Below are positions 9,078 through 19,865 of a stretch of DNA of 64,000 nucleotides, piece after piece (position 1 is the first letter of the stretch; the number at the start of each line of letters is the position of its first letter). Under the pieces are notes generated by a model, which saw nothing but the letters and a program-made list of their open reading frames with translations, was not told the DNA's origin and searched no databases. Made by a program: the position numbers and the translations under genes. The stretch is from Desulfotignum sp. (GTDB lineage: Bacteria > Desulfobacterota > Desulfobacteria > Desulfobacterales > Desulfobacteraceae): assembly GCA_011389575.1 (NCBI GenBank), contig JAABUB010000001.1:36079-100078 (forward strand), read 5' to 3'.

Positions 9078-10076
9078 ATGAATCACACAACCATGATTAT
9101 TTCCACAGCCATTGATGTTCTGAAGATCGAAGCACAGGGTATTTTACACCTGGCCAAAAAACTGGATGCTGCATTTGAAACCCTTGTACATGATATCTGT
9201 GCCTCCCCGGGCCGGGTGGTTATTTCCGGGATCGGAAAATCCGGTCTTATCGGACGTAAAATTGCAGCGACTTTGAGCAGCACCGGCACCAATGCCATGT
9301 TTCTGCATCCGGTGGAAGCGGTGCACGGAGACCTGGGCATGGTGAGCCCCCATGATGTGTTCATCGCTATTTCCAACAGCGGAGAAACCAGCGAACTCAA
9401 CCAGCTGCTGCCGGTAATCCGGGATATCGGATGCCGCCTGGCCGGGTTTACAGGAAATCCTTTATCCACCATGGCCCGGTATTGTGATCTGGTGATCGAT
9501 ACCGGGGTGGAAAAAGAAGCCTGTCCCTTTAATATGACCCCGACCTGCAGCACCACTGCCCAGCTGGCCATGGGAGATGCCCTGGCCATTGTGCTGATTG
9601 AAAAAAAGAAATTCAAAAAAAGTGATTTCATGAAATCTCATCCCGGCGGTGCGCTGGGTCAGCGGCTCGCCTGTCAGGTGGGAGAAATCATGTTCAAGAC
9701 AGCCCAGGCACCCTGTGCTTTTCTGGGTGAGACCATGGCAACCGCCCTGGCAACCATGGACCGGTTCAGCCTGGGCGCTGTCCTGGTGCTCAACCGGGAC
9801 CGCCAGGTGCTGGGTATTATCACCGATGGTGATATCCGGCATGCCATGGCCCGGGGAATAAGTGATTTTGCAAAAATGCCGGTGGCTGATATCATGACCA
9901 GAAATCCCCACTGTCTGGGGGTGGAGGCTTACCTGTATGATGCCCTGAATCTCATGGAAAAATATGAGATCACGGTCTTGCCGATTGTAGATACAAAAAA
10001 CCGGCTGCAGGGCCTTTTACACCTGCATGACATCCTTGGGAAAGGATCTTTTACATTCAACGGAGGCAGCCAATGA
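9078..10076 (+). CDS. kdsD: Arabinose-5-phosphate isomerase KdsD/GutQ (SIS + CBS)
   Basis: GIGKSGLIGRKIAATLSSTG, EAVHGDLG, SNSGET, HPGGALG, two CBS domains. Confidence 0.93.
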   Translation: MNHTTMIISTAIDVLKIEAQGILHLAKKLDAAFETLVHDICASPGRVVISGIGKSGLIGRKIAATLSSTGTNAMFLHPVEAVHGDLGMVSPHDVFIAISNSGETSELNQLLPVIRDIGCRLAGFTGNPLSTMARYCDLVIDTGVEKEACPFNMTPTCSTTAQLAMGDALAIVLIEKKKFKKSDFMKSHPGGALGQRLACQVGEIMFKTAQAPCAFLGETMATALATMDRFSLGAVLVLNRDRQVLGIITDGDIRHAMARGISDFAKMPVADIMTRNPHCLGVEAYLYDALNLMEKYEITVLPIVDTKNRLQGLLHLHDILGKGSFTFNGGSQ

Positions 10077-11401
10077 TAACCCAGGATCTTTGCACAAAAA
10101 TTCCGGTTCTCGGAAAAGCCAATATTGCTTCTCCCATAATACGGGCAGACCGATCAGGCAAGGCAAAAAAATGTTTTATTTCAGATGAATCCCGCATCAT
10201 CGTAGATGTCCAGACCGAATATATAGAGAACACCATTGCTGCCGGGCAGAAACTTCTCAGCTTTGAACAGGCCGGACCCAGGGAAAAGATATATTTTGAC
10301 CCCAGCAAACTTAAATGCGCTATTGTGACCTGCGGCGGGCTCTGCCCCGGCTTGAATGACATTATCAGGGCAATTGTGCTGGAGCTGTATCATATTTACC
10401 ATGTGAAAACCATCTACGGCATCCGCCACGGACTTCAGGGATTTGTTCCGGAATACAAACATGATTTCATGGATCTGACCCCTGCATCTGTAGCCGGTAT
10501 ACAGGATATGGGCGGCACCATTTTAGGCTCTTCCCGGGGCAGCCAGGATATCGGGGTTGTGGTGGACTGCCTGGAACGTATGAGTGTGGGAATTTTATTC
10601 ATGGTGGGCGGTGACGGTACCATCATGGCTTCCAAAAAGATTGCCGATGAAATCGAAAATCGCAATCTCAAAATATCTGTGGTGGGAATTCCCAAAACCA
10701 TTGACAACGATATTTTTCTGGTTTCCCGGTCCTTTGGCTTTGACTCGGCCGTTGATGTGGCCACCCAGGCCATCAAAGGTGCCCATAATGAATCAGAAGC
10801 CTACCCCAACGGTATCGGGCTGATCAAGCTCATGGGACGGCATTCGGGTTTTCTGGCAGCAACGGCGGCCCTGGCCCAGCAGGATGCCAATTTTGTACTT
10901 ATTCCGGAAGTGGATATAGACCTGTATGGAAAAACCGGCTTTCTTCAGGCCCTGGAAAACAGGATCACAACCAGAAAACATGGGGTGGTGATTGTGGCTG
11001 AAGGAGCGGGCCAGAATTTTTTTGAAAACAAGGAGCAAAAGTATGATGCATCCGGTAACATAGTGCTCCAGGATATCGGCTTGTTTCTCAAGGAGCAGAT
11101 TACCAAGTGGTTTGCGGCCAGAAATATCCCCATTACCTTAAAATACATTGATCCTGCCTATATTATCCGCAGTCTGGCAGCCAATGCCAATGACAGTGTG
11201 TTCTGCGGGCTGCTGGGAAGGGATGCGGTCCATGCGGGTATGGCAGGAAAAACCAAGCTTCTGGTGAGTTTCTGGAACAACCATTATGTTCATGTGCCCA
11301 TGGAAGCCTCTGCCGGCAGGCAAAAGCGGCTGGATCCCAATGGCAGGCTCTGGCAGTCAGTGCTGGAGGCCACCGGTCAGGATGCCTATTTCGGATCTTG
11401 A
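10073..11401 (+). CDS. pfkA: ATP-dependent 6-phosphofructokinase
   Basis: TCGGLCPG, GGTILGSSR, GGDG, PKTIDND, KLMGRHSG; ATGA overlap with kdsD. Confidence 0.92.
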   Translation: MITQDLCTKIPVLGKANIASPIIRADRSGKAKKCFISDESRIIVDVQTEYIENTIAAGQKLLSFEQAGPREKIYFDPSKLKCAIVTCGGLCPGLNDIIRAIVLELYHIYHVKTIYGIRHGLQGFVPEYKHDFMDLTPASVAGIQDMGGTILGSSRGSQDIGVVVDCLERMSVGILFMVGGDGTIMASKKIADEIENRNLKISVVGIPKTIDNDIFLVSRSFGFDSAVDVATQAIKGAHNESEAYPNGIGLIKLMGRHSGFLAATAALAQQDANFVLIPEVDIDLYGKTGFLQALENRITTRKHGVVIVAEGAGQNFFENKEQKYDASGNIVLQDIGLFLKEQITKWFAARNIPITLKYIDPAYIIRSLAANANDSVFCGLLGRDAVHAGMAGKTKLLVSFWNNHYVHVPMEASAGRQKRLDPNGRLWQSVLEATGQDAYFGS

Positions 11402-11417
11402 TCCAAAGGAACCGCAG

Positions 11418-13100
11418 TCAGGGCTGGATTTCTGTGAACTGATTGTTTTTTATGGTAATTAAAAATATTTCCTTGCGGGCCGCACCGGTTTTATCAAAAA
11501 TGGTATTGCCGGTTACCCCTTCGAACAAACGGCCTTGTGTCAGGGCTTCTTTCAGGTGCTGCCGGGAATCCACAAAAGCATCCATACCTGTCTTAAAAAG
11601 TATCTGTACCGTGTCATAGGAAACCGCTTCTAAAAAACCCGGGGATTCTTCATACAATGCGGTGAATGCCTTTTCAAACCGGGCAGTGGCAGGTTTTTTG
11701 CTTTTGCCGAAATAGCCTTCGGTTATAACGGTGTTGCGGTTGTATCCTTTTGTTTCAGCCAGCAGGCTTTGCTCATGCCAGAGATTGGTTCCCAGCAGCA
11801 CAATGTCCTTGACATCGTTAAACGCCAGCTGGGGAAGCATCATGTTTATTCTGGAAGCAGAATCAGGAATGAACAGGGCTTGAAAATTAAGCGGGATTTT
11901 ATCGGTCCTGTCAGAATCAATAGCCAGGGGGTCATCTGTTTTTCCGGTCTGGGATTCATGATCTGATTGCGGTACCGGTAAGTCTGGTTCTGAAATCAGG
12001 AAGGATTCCTCCACCAGTTTCTGGATGGGAATGGAAAAATCGGTTTTTTTGCCGTCATAGGATTCCACAGCAACTATTTGTCCGCCGTATTCCTCCACCA
12101 TATCCCTGAACAGCTGCATATGCAGTCTGCCATAGCGTTCATCAGGATAAAGCACAGCCACCTTTGACAGATCAAGCTTTCTAAATACATAGGCGGCAAG
12201 GGTCTGGACCTGCATCTGGGGGGTGATGAAATTGGAAAACAGATAATCTCCTGCCAGAGGAAAGTCTGCTTTCTGGGTCAGGGCGATAAGGGGAATCTGC
12301 AGTTCCTGGGCCCGGGCACCCGCGGTTTCCACCGCAAGGATCGGGCCGATAATGCCCATGACATGCGCCTGAAAGAGCTCGTCCACACAGTCTGCGGCCC
12401 TTTGGGGATCAGACCGGGTATCTTTGACAATGATTTTAAAATCGCGGTTATATGTGCCTGACAGATCCTGGACAGCCATCTGAATGCCTTTTAAGGCTTT
12501 GTGGCCGAAAACGGCGTATTTTCCCGACAGGGGCAGCAGACATCCGATGGTATCCTTTTTAAATGTGGTCTGTTTGATGAGAGCCATCAGTTCTTGTGCA
12601 TCCGGGGCATGGGCATGGTCGGGACAGGTATCCATAAACCTGGTCAAAGCTGCCAGGCTATCGGCATATTCCCGGGCTGCGGCATGGTTCACCCCCAGCC
12701 AGTACAGCAGCAAACACCGGGGGATTGCCAAATTTTTGATGTGTAAAAATTCTTTTATCAATGGAGGTTCCGCCTTGGCCAGAAACTGTTCAACCTCTGA
12801 CAGCATCATGTTTTTCTGCGGGTCATCCGGGTTTTGGGCCATGGCCTGGTTGTAGGTGAGAAATGCCTGTTTAAGATCACCTTGTTCGATGAATTTTTTT
12901 GCTTCAGCCCCGAGCATTTTTACCAGAGCAGCGGTTTGTTTTTCTTTGTCATGCAGGTCAGGGATCTCGGTTTCCGGAACAGAAATACCATCTCCTGGTT
13001 TTTGAACGGTTTTAGGGGCACAACCCCAGACGGCAGCCAGAAAAAATACAGCCGCAAGCAAGGCAGTGCCGCGGAAAATAAAAATACGTTTTTCTATCAT
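11418..13100 (-). CDS. LpoA/LppC-like lipoprotein (TPR-like + type 1 periplasmic binding fold; PBP activator)
   Basis: Lipobox VWG-C; TPR-like helices; IGCLLPLSG, DTRSDP, FEGVTG motifs. Confidence 0.8.
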   Translation of the reverse strand: MIEKRIFIFRGTALLAAVFFLAAVWGCAPKTVQKPGDGISVPETEIPDLHDKEKQTAALVKMLGAEAKKFIEQGDLKQAFLTYNQAMAQNPDDPQKNMMLSEVEQFLAKAEPPLIKEFLHIKNLAIPRCLLLYWLGVNHAAAREYADSLAALTRFMDTCPDHAHAPDAQELMALIKQTTFKKDTIGCLLPLSGKYAVFGHKALKGIQMAVQDLSGTYNRDFKIIVKDTRSDPQRAADCVDELFQAHVMGIIGPILAVETAGARAQELQIPLIALTQKADFPLAGDYLFSNFITPQMQVQTLAAYVFRKLDLSKVAVLYPDERYGRLHMQLFRDMVEEYGGQIVAVESYDGKKTDFSIPIQKLVEESFLISEPDLPVPQSDHESQTGKTDDPLAIDSDRTDKIPLNFQALFIPDSASRINMMLPQLAFNDVKDIVLLGTNLWHEQSLLAETKGYNRNTVITEGYFGKSKKPATARFEKAFTALYEESPGFLEAVSYDTVQILFKTGMDAFVDSRQHLKEALTQGRLFEGVTGNTIFDKTGAARKEIFLITIKNNQFTEIQP

Positions 13101-13158
13101 ATGAAATCTCTGAAAGTCAGGGTTATTGGTATGAATGAACTATATGTAAAATCACATC

Positions 13159-14076
13159 TCATGTCAAAAATTCTTTTGCCAGGGTTTTGGCCCGGGAAAG
13201 TTGTGAGGGTTTCACCCAGATGATGCCGGGCTCTTTTTTAAACCAGGTGAACTGGCGCTTGGCATACCGTCTGGTATCACGTTTGAGCAGAAAAACCGCC
13301 CGGTCAAAATCCAGCTCTTTTTTGAGAAACCATCCCATATGGCGGTATCCAATGGACTGCATGGATTTGAGATCAAGGGAATAGCCTTTCCGGACCAGAT
13401 CTGTTACTTCTGCCAGAAAGCCCAGCCTGATCATGGTATCAACCCGGGAATCAATTCGTTCGTACAAGGTTTTGCGGTCCATGAAAAGACCCATGGTCAG
13501 ACTCTGGTACCGGGGAGATATAAAATTGTGTTCCTTTTGCATTTGTGATATGGGGGTTCCTGTAGTCTGAAACACCTCCAGGGCACGGATGATCCGGAAA
13601 CTGTCATGGGGATGAATTTTTTGCGCAGCAGCAGGATCACATGCATGCAGCAGATGGTGCAGATAAGCACTGCCCTTTTCTTGTGCTTCCTTGGTCAGTT
13701 GTGCCAGGGTTTTTTCACACACAGGCCGGGACCGGAACAATCCGTATAAAAGGGCGCGGATATAAAGGCCTGTGCCCCCTGCAATGATGGGAATCCTGCC
13801 TTTCCGGGTAATATCAATAATTTTTTGTGCAGCCATTTGTGCATATTGGCCGGCATCAAAATCCTGGGATGGATCCAGAAAATCCACCAGATGATGGGGG
13901 GCCTGTGCCAGTTCTGCGGCATCCGGCTTGGCCGTGCCGATATCCATATATTTATATATCTGCATGGAGTCGGCCCCGATAATTTCACCGTTGAACGCTT
14001 GGGCCAGGGCAATAGCAAAACCGGTTTTTCCGATGCCTGTGGGACCGCAGATAGTAATGATTTTTTCCATGAACAA
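13159..14076 (-). CDS. miaA: tRNA dimethylallyltransferase
   Basis: GPTGIGKT, ADSMQIYKYMDIGTAKP, GGTGLY, TRRYAKRQFTWF. Confidence 0.97.
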   Translation of the reverse strand: MFMEKIITICGPTGIGKTGFAIALAQAFNGEIIGADSMQIYKYMDIGTAKPDAAELAQAPHHLVDFLDPSQDFDAGQYAQMAAQKIIDITRKGRIPIIAGGTGLYIRALLYGLFRSRPVCEKTLAQLTKEAQEKGSAYLHHLLHACDPAAAQKIHPHDSFRIIRALEVFQTTGTPISQMQKEHNFISPRYQSLTMGLFMDRKTLYERIDSRVDTMIRLGFLAEVTDLVRKGYSLDLKSMQSIGYRHMGWFLKKELDFDRAVFLLKRDTRRYAKRQFTWFKKEPGIIWVKPSQLSRAKTLAKEFLT

Positions 14077-14104
14077 AGGGTATGTCTGTTTTGGTCAATA
14101 ATGG

Positions 14105-14134
14105 TTGACATTATTTGGCAGATGGTTTTATAAC
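14105..14134 (+). promoter_or_regulatory. Putative sigma70 promoter of the hdrA-flx operon
   Basis: TTGACA (14105-14110), 18 nt, TATAAC (14129-14134) in an AT-rich intergenic region. Confidence 0.55.
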
Positions 14135-14257
14135 ATAATCTTTTAATTAATGACACTTAATTAAAATTATCAATCAGGATCTTAAAATAACAGCAATTTT
14201 AAAAATATTTAAGATTGGGCTGCTATTGTTTTATGAACCAAACAGGAGAGACAAACA

Positions 14258-17200
14258 ATGGAATCAAAAAAGACCGGATCTGTGGTGGTGATAGGTGGCG
14301 GTATTTCCGGCATGCTGTCGGCACTGGATCTTGCGAACTCCGGATTTTATGTTTATCTGGTGGAAAAAGGCCCGTCCATCGGCGGTGTCATGGCCCAGCT
14401 GGACAAGACCTTTCCAACCAATGACTGTGCCATGTGAATTATCTCACCCACACTGGTCGAGGTCGGCCGGCATTTAAACATAGAGCTTTTAACCCTTTCT
14501 GAAGTCAAAAACATCACCGGTGAAAAAGGCAATTTTACCGTTGAAATCCTCAAAAAACCCAGGTACGTCAGAGAAGACCGCTGTATTGCCTGCGGGGCCT
14601 GTACGGAAAAATGTCCGGGCAAATTCGATGACAAGTATAATGCAGATCTCAAAGCACAAACCGCCATTTATGTGGAATACCCCCAGGCAGTGCCCTTGAA
14701 ATATGCCATTAATCCGGATGTCTGTCTGAAACTGACCAAGGATAAATGCGGCACCTGTGAAGAGGTCTGTCCTGCAGATGCCATAGACTACACCATGACA
14801 GAGGAAATGTTGACCGTTGCTGCCGGATCCATTATCCTGGCACCCGGATTCAAACCCTTTGATCCCTCCAGATTTGACAATTACCAGTATGCCAATTTTC
14901 CCAATGTGGTTACCTCTATGGAGTTTGAACGGATTCTGTCCGCTACCGGTCCCACCATGGGGCATGTGACCACCTTTCCCAAGCTGCCTGCCAATCCCAA
15001 AAAGAAAAAAGACAAGCTGCTGGCGCAAAAGCGCAAAGACCCCAAAAAAATTGCCTGGTTCCAGTGTGTGGGATCCAGGGATATCAACAAGTGCGACAAT
15101 GCCTATTGTTCTTCGGTGTGCTGCATGTACGCGGTAAAAGAAGCCATCATTGCCAAAGAACATGCCGGCAGCGATCTGGATTGTTCCATCTTTTTCATGG
15201 ACATGCGCACCCCGGGCAAGGAATTTGAAAAATACTACGAGAATGCCAAACACAAGCACGGCATCAATTTCATCCGGTCAAGGGTGCATTCGGTTACTGA
15301 AGATCCGGAAACAGGGGACTTGTCTGTCCGATACGTAGATGAACTGGGCCAGATCATCACTGAGACGTATGATATGATCGTCTTGTCCGTGGGTCTGGAA
15401 ATCTCCGAAGAAACCCGTGATCTGGCCGGGAAGCTGGACATTGACCTTACAGAAGGTGGCTTTGCCAGAACAGCATCTTTTGAACCGGTGGCCACTTCCA
15501 GGGACGGTATTTATGTATCCGGGGTGTTCAACAACCCCAAAGATATTCCTGAATCGGTTCTGGATGCCTCTGCTGCCGCCTCTGCTGCAGGAGATGCGCT
15601 GGCTGACGTGCGAAACACGTTGACCAAAGAAACCCTGCCGGTGGAAGAAACAAATGTGGTTGGGGACCGGCCCAGCATCGGGGTGTTTATCTGCGACTGC
15701 GGCTCCAATATTGCCGGTGTGGTGGACTGCCCCAGTGTCACGGAATACGCTGCCAACCTGCCCTATGTCACAGTGGCTGAAGAAACCACCTATGCATGCA
15801 GTCAGGATGCCCAGGACAAGATGGTGGAAATCATCAAAGAAAAAGGCCTGAACCGCATTGTGGTGGCTGCCTGCACCCCCAAAACCCATGAACCGCTGTT
15901 CCAGGAAACCCTGAAAAATTCAGGATTGAACAAATACCTGTTTGAAATGACCAACATCCGGAACCACAACTCCTGGGTTCACAAGAACAATCCTGACATT
16001 GCCACTGACAAGGCCAAAGACCTGGTACGGATGGCGGTTGCCAAAGCTGCTCTGGCCCAGCCCCTGAAAGAGGAAAAGATCAATGTCAACCCCTCGGTCA
16101 TGGTGGTGGGCGGTGGACTGGCCGGCATGACAGCTGCCAGAAGCCTGGCATCCCAGGGATATGAAACCCATATCATCGAAAAAAAGGAATGCCTGGGCGG
16201 CGAGGCCCTGAAGCTGTGGAAAACAGCCCAGGGAGAAGATGTGCAAAAAGAACTGGATGCCCTGATTCAGGATATTGCATCCAACGACAAGATAATTGTT
16301 CATACAAACACCACCCTGGAAGGGGTGGACGGATTTGTGGGCAATTTCACCTCCCAGTTGAAAACCGACGGGAAAACTACGCCACTGGAACACGGGGTGG
16401 CAGTACTGGCCACAGGTGCAAAGGCGCTTGAACCTGACGAGTACAGCTTTGGCAGGGACGACAGAATCATCAGAACCCTGGATCTGGACAAAATGTTCAA
16501 GGAAAGTGATCCAAAACTGGATACGGTAAAGTCTGCGGTGTTCATCCAGTGTGTGGGCTCAAGAGAACCGCAACGCCCCTATTGTTCCCGGGTATGCTGT
16601 ACCCATTCCGTGGACAATGCCATTGCCTTGAAGGAAAAAAATCCTGAAACCGATGTGTTTATTCTTTACCGGGATATCAGAACCTATGGTGAACGCGAAC
16701 TGCTCTATAAAAAAGCCAGAGAAAAAGGGGTGATATTTATCCGGTTTGATGTGGAAAACAAGCCGGAAGTAGTGGTGGAAAAAGACCACCTCAAGATCAC
16801 TGTTATTGATCACGTACTGAATCTGCCTGTGACCATTTATGCAGACCTGCTTACCCTGGCTGCGGCCCTGGTACCCAGAAAAGATGAGCGCCTGGCCAAT
16901 TTCTTCAAGGTGCCTTTGAATGATGAGGGGTTTTTCGTGGAAAAACACGCCAAGCTGGGACCGGCGGAATTTGCCACAGACGGTGTTTTTATTGCCGGAT
17001 CCGCTCACTATCCCAAACCGGTGAACGAGGCCATTACCCAGGGACGGGCTGCCGCATCCCGGGCTTTGACCCTGCTGGCAAAAAAAGACAGTCTGTTCAC
17101 CTCGGGTAACGTTGCCAGCGTGGATGTACAAAAATGCAGTGCCTGCGGTGTCTGCATATCCATCTGTCCCTATAATTCCCCCTCATTTCTGGCTGAAGGC

Positions 17201-17350
17201 CGGTTTGCAGGCAAGGCGGATGTCAATGCGGTGCTGTGCAAAGGCTGCGGCCTGTGCGTGGCTTCCTGCAGATCCGGTGCCATCCATCTGCGGGGGTTTG
17301 ACACCAATCAGATTCTTTCACAGATTTTTGCTTTGGATGAAGTAAGTTAG
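14258..17350 (+). CDS. hdrA: Heterodisulfide reductase subunit A-like selenoprotein, 1030 aa, Sec at codon 60
   Basis: ATG 14258 after AGGAG; [18 protein letters not shown]...[14 protein letters not shown](14435-14437)-IISPTLVEV continues in frame into ORF 14672..17350; two FAD-binding domains, CVGSR and CSxVCC motifs, ferredoxin motifs. Confidence 0.93.
14453..14470 (+). promoter_or_regulatory. SECIS-like hairpin of hdrA
   Basis: CUGGUCG-AGGU-CGGCCGG: 7-bp stem with two G-U pairs, G-containing loop starting 22 nt after UGA. Confidence 0.7.
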
Positions 17351-17378
17351 ATGAAGAAAGCTAAAGGAGATATAATTA

Positions 17379-17804
17379 ATGGCTGATGATAATATAAAAA
17401 TTGTAAGTTTTCTGTGCAACTGGTGTTCCTATGGCGCAGCAGACCTGGCAGGGGTGAGCCGGATGGAATACCCGGCGGACATTCGGGTGATCAGGATCCC
17501 CTGCTCCGGCCGCATGAGTCCCAAATTCATTTTGTCCGCTTTCCGGGAAGGGGCTGATGCTGTATGGGTGTCCGGCTGACATCCCGGCGAATGCCATTAC
17601 CTGGACGGTAATTACTATGCGAGACGAAAATTTGCTATGATGGGCAACCTTCTGGAACATATGGGTATTGAACGGGACCGGCTGCATTTTTCCTGGATTT
17701 CCTCTGCCGAAGCCACCAAGTTTGTGGATGTGGTCAAAGAGATATCCGACAAAGTCAGGGCCCTGGATACCGATAAAAAACTTGCAAAGGACTATACCAA
17801 ATAA
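17379..17804 (+). CDS. flxD: MvhD-like 2Fe-2S subunit FlxD, selenoprotein (Sec at codon 67), 141 aa
   Basis: [20 protein letters not shown](17577-17579)[11 protein letters not shown] matches the GCHxGxCHY motif; frame stays open to TAA 17802-17804. Confidence 0.93.
17596..17612 (+). promoter_or_regulatory. SECIS-like hairpin of flxD
   Basis: AUUACC-UGGAC-GGUAAU: perfect 6-bp stem, loop starting 22 nt after UGA. Confidence 0.7.
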
Positions 17805-17816
17805 AGGTTTTATATC

Positions 17817-18773
17817 ATGGATACCTGTATCGAAAAAATAAGGACGATTTGTGCAGACCTGCTTGCCAAAGGGGAAGTACAAAAAGTGATCGGGTTTGCC
17901 GAGGGTTCCATTCCCATGGCCTCCCGTCCCATTGCCGTCACATCCAAAGATGATGTGGAAAAACTGGTTTTCAATGCAACCTGCGGACTCAACCTGGCCA
18001 ATTATGTGTCAGAAGCACTACCAAAAGATGGCAAAATTGCCGTGACGGCAAAAGGATGCGATTCCCGGAACCTGGTCACCCATATGGTGGAAAACCAGGT
18101 GTCCAGGGACCGGTTGTATATCATCGGGATTCCCTGCACCGGCATGGTGGACAAAAGAAAAATTGCCGCCCTTTTTGAAGATGAAATCACCGATTTCATT
18201 GAAGAGGGTGATACCCTTACCATTGTATCGCCCCAAAAAAAAGAGAAGGTTTCCAAAACAGATGTGCTGCGGCATAACTGCCGGATGTGCACCCACCGCA
18301 ACCCGGTGGTGTTTGACGTCATGGCGGCGGAACCGGTGGAAGAACAGTCCCTTGACCAGCCGTTTGCCGATGTGGACCAAATTGCGGCCATGGATCCGGA
18401 AACCAGGTGGGCCCATTTTCAGGAATTGACCAAAAACTGTATCCGGTGCTATGCATGCAGAAATGCCTGTCCCTTGTGTTACTGCCCCACCTGTTTTGTG
18501 GATGAATCTTCTCCCCAGTGGGTGGGCAAGGGCCAGGATAAGACGGATATCAATACCTTCCATTTTCTGCGGGCCTTTCACTGCGCCGGCAGGTGTACGG
18601 ATTGCGGTGCCTGCGTAGAGGTCTGTCCCATGGGAATCAATGTCAGGGATTTTACCCGGAAACTCAATAAAGACGCTCTGGAACTTTTTGGCTGGGAAGC
18701 GGGTCTGGATATGGAAAAACGCCCGCCTCTGGATGTGTACAGTCCGGATGATCCCGATGATTTTATCAAGTAA
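17817..18773 (+). CDS. flxC: FlxC 4Fe-4S dicluster protein
   Basis: CIRCYACRNACPLCYC and RCTDCGACVEVCP; position between flxD and flxB. Confidence 0.85.
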   Translation: MDTCIEKIRTICADLLAKGEVQKVIGFAEGSIPMASRPIAVTSKDDVEKLVFNATCGLNLANYVSEALPKDGKIAVTAKGCDSRNLVTHMVENQVSRDRLYIIGIPCTGMVDKRKIAALFEDEITDFIEEGDTLTIVSPQKKEKVSKTDVLRHNCRMCTHRNPVVFDVMAAEPVEEQSLDQPFADVDQIAAMDPETRWAHFQELTKNCIRCYACRNACPLCYCPTCFVDESSPQWVGKGQDKTDINTFHFLRAFHCAGRCTDCGACVEVCPMGINVRDFTRKLNKDALELFGWEAGLDMEKRPPLDVYSPDDPDDFIK

Positions 18774-18784
18774 ACAAAAAGGCT

Positions 18785-19840
18785 ATGCATATGAATTTCA
18801 TTACAATTGATAAAAAGGACTGGGCCGGCGGTATTGACAAATCCAGAAAAACCTATCGGGTTTTCGGCCCTGTCCAGGACGAAAACGGCTGCCAGCTAAA
18901 ACCGCTGGCACCGGATGTCTATCCCCTGATGGATGCCGGTGTTACGGTCATGTCCCCGAAGTCTGTGCTTTTTCCCCAGACCGAAAAAATGCTTACAGCA
19001 ACCCTGGATGAATCCAGCGAAGACCACCACATCATGAAGCCGGTGGAAAAAGACAATACCCCCCGGGTGGTTCTGGGGATCCGGCCCTATGATGCCAGGG
19101 CCATCCAGATGGTGAAATTGAATTTTGACAATCCGGATTATCAGGATCCTTACTGGTGTGAGGCCTATGACGCCACTACGTTTGTGGGGCTTGGGATAAA
19201 CCGTCCCGATTCCTGTGATTTTTCCACATCTGCCGGAACCGGACCTTTCAGTGAAGAAGGACTGGATGTTTTGATGGCAGATCTGGATGACAGATATCTG
19301 GCCAAGATCCTGACCGAAAAAGGGGAAACATGGGCTGAGGCCTGTGGTTTTGACACCAGTGCGGATGCTGCAGAAAGTCAGGCCCTGTTTGATATTCTCA
19401 GAAAAGAAGCGGAAAAAAATATTACTGCCTCTGTTGATACTGACCGGCTTTCTGAAAAATCCATTCTGGATCTGTATGAAGCCCCTTTCTGGGATGATGT
19501 GGCTTTTTCTTGTATCAACTGCGGCACCTGCACCTTTGTGTGCCCCACCTGCTGGTGTTTTGACATCCAGGATGAAACCAAACACAAGACAGCAACAAGG
19601 TTTCGAAACTGGGATACCTGCATGTCACCCTTATTCACCCACCATGCATCCGGCCACAATCCCAGAGGATCCAAGGTGCAGCGGGTCAGGCAGCGATTTA
19701 TGCACAAATTGAAATATTTTGTGGACAAATATGACCAGGGCATCATGTGCGTGGGATGCGGCAGGTGCGTTGCCAGCTGCCCGGTGAATATCGACATCCG
19801 GGAAGTGTGCAAAACCATGAACAACTATGAGAAAGAATAA
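18785..19840 (+). CDS. flxB: FlxB, AsrA/sulfhydrogenase-beta-like 4Fe-4S protein
   Basis: CINCGTCTFVCPTCWCF, RQRFMHK, CVGCGRCVASCP. Confidence 0.87.
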   Translation: MHMNFITIDKKDWAGGIDKSRKTYRVFGPVQDENGCQLKPLAPDVYPLMDAGVTVMSPKSVLFPQTEKMLTATLDESSEDHHIMKPVEKDNTPRVVLGIRPYDARAIQMVKLNFDNPDYQDPYWCEAYDATTFVGLGINRPDSCDFSTSAGTGPFSEEGLDVLMADLDDRYLAKILTEKGETWAEACGFDTSADAAESQALFDILRKEAEKNITASVDTDRLSEKSILDLYEAPFWDDVAFSCINCGTCTFVCPTCWCFDIQDETKHKTATRFRNWDTCMSPLFTHHASGHNPRGSKVQRVRQRFMHKLKYFVDKYDQGIMCVGCGRCVASCPVNIDIREVCKTMNNYEKE

Positions 19841-19865
19841 ATAGCGAACACCAAGGAGAAATGAT

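Noticed and set aside
14672-17579. ORF-track starts/ends for hdrA (14672) and flxD (ending 17579), or pseudogene calls
   Set aside because: Both are explained by in-frame UGA at conserved Cys positions with intact flanking frames.
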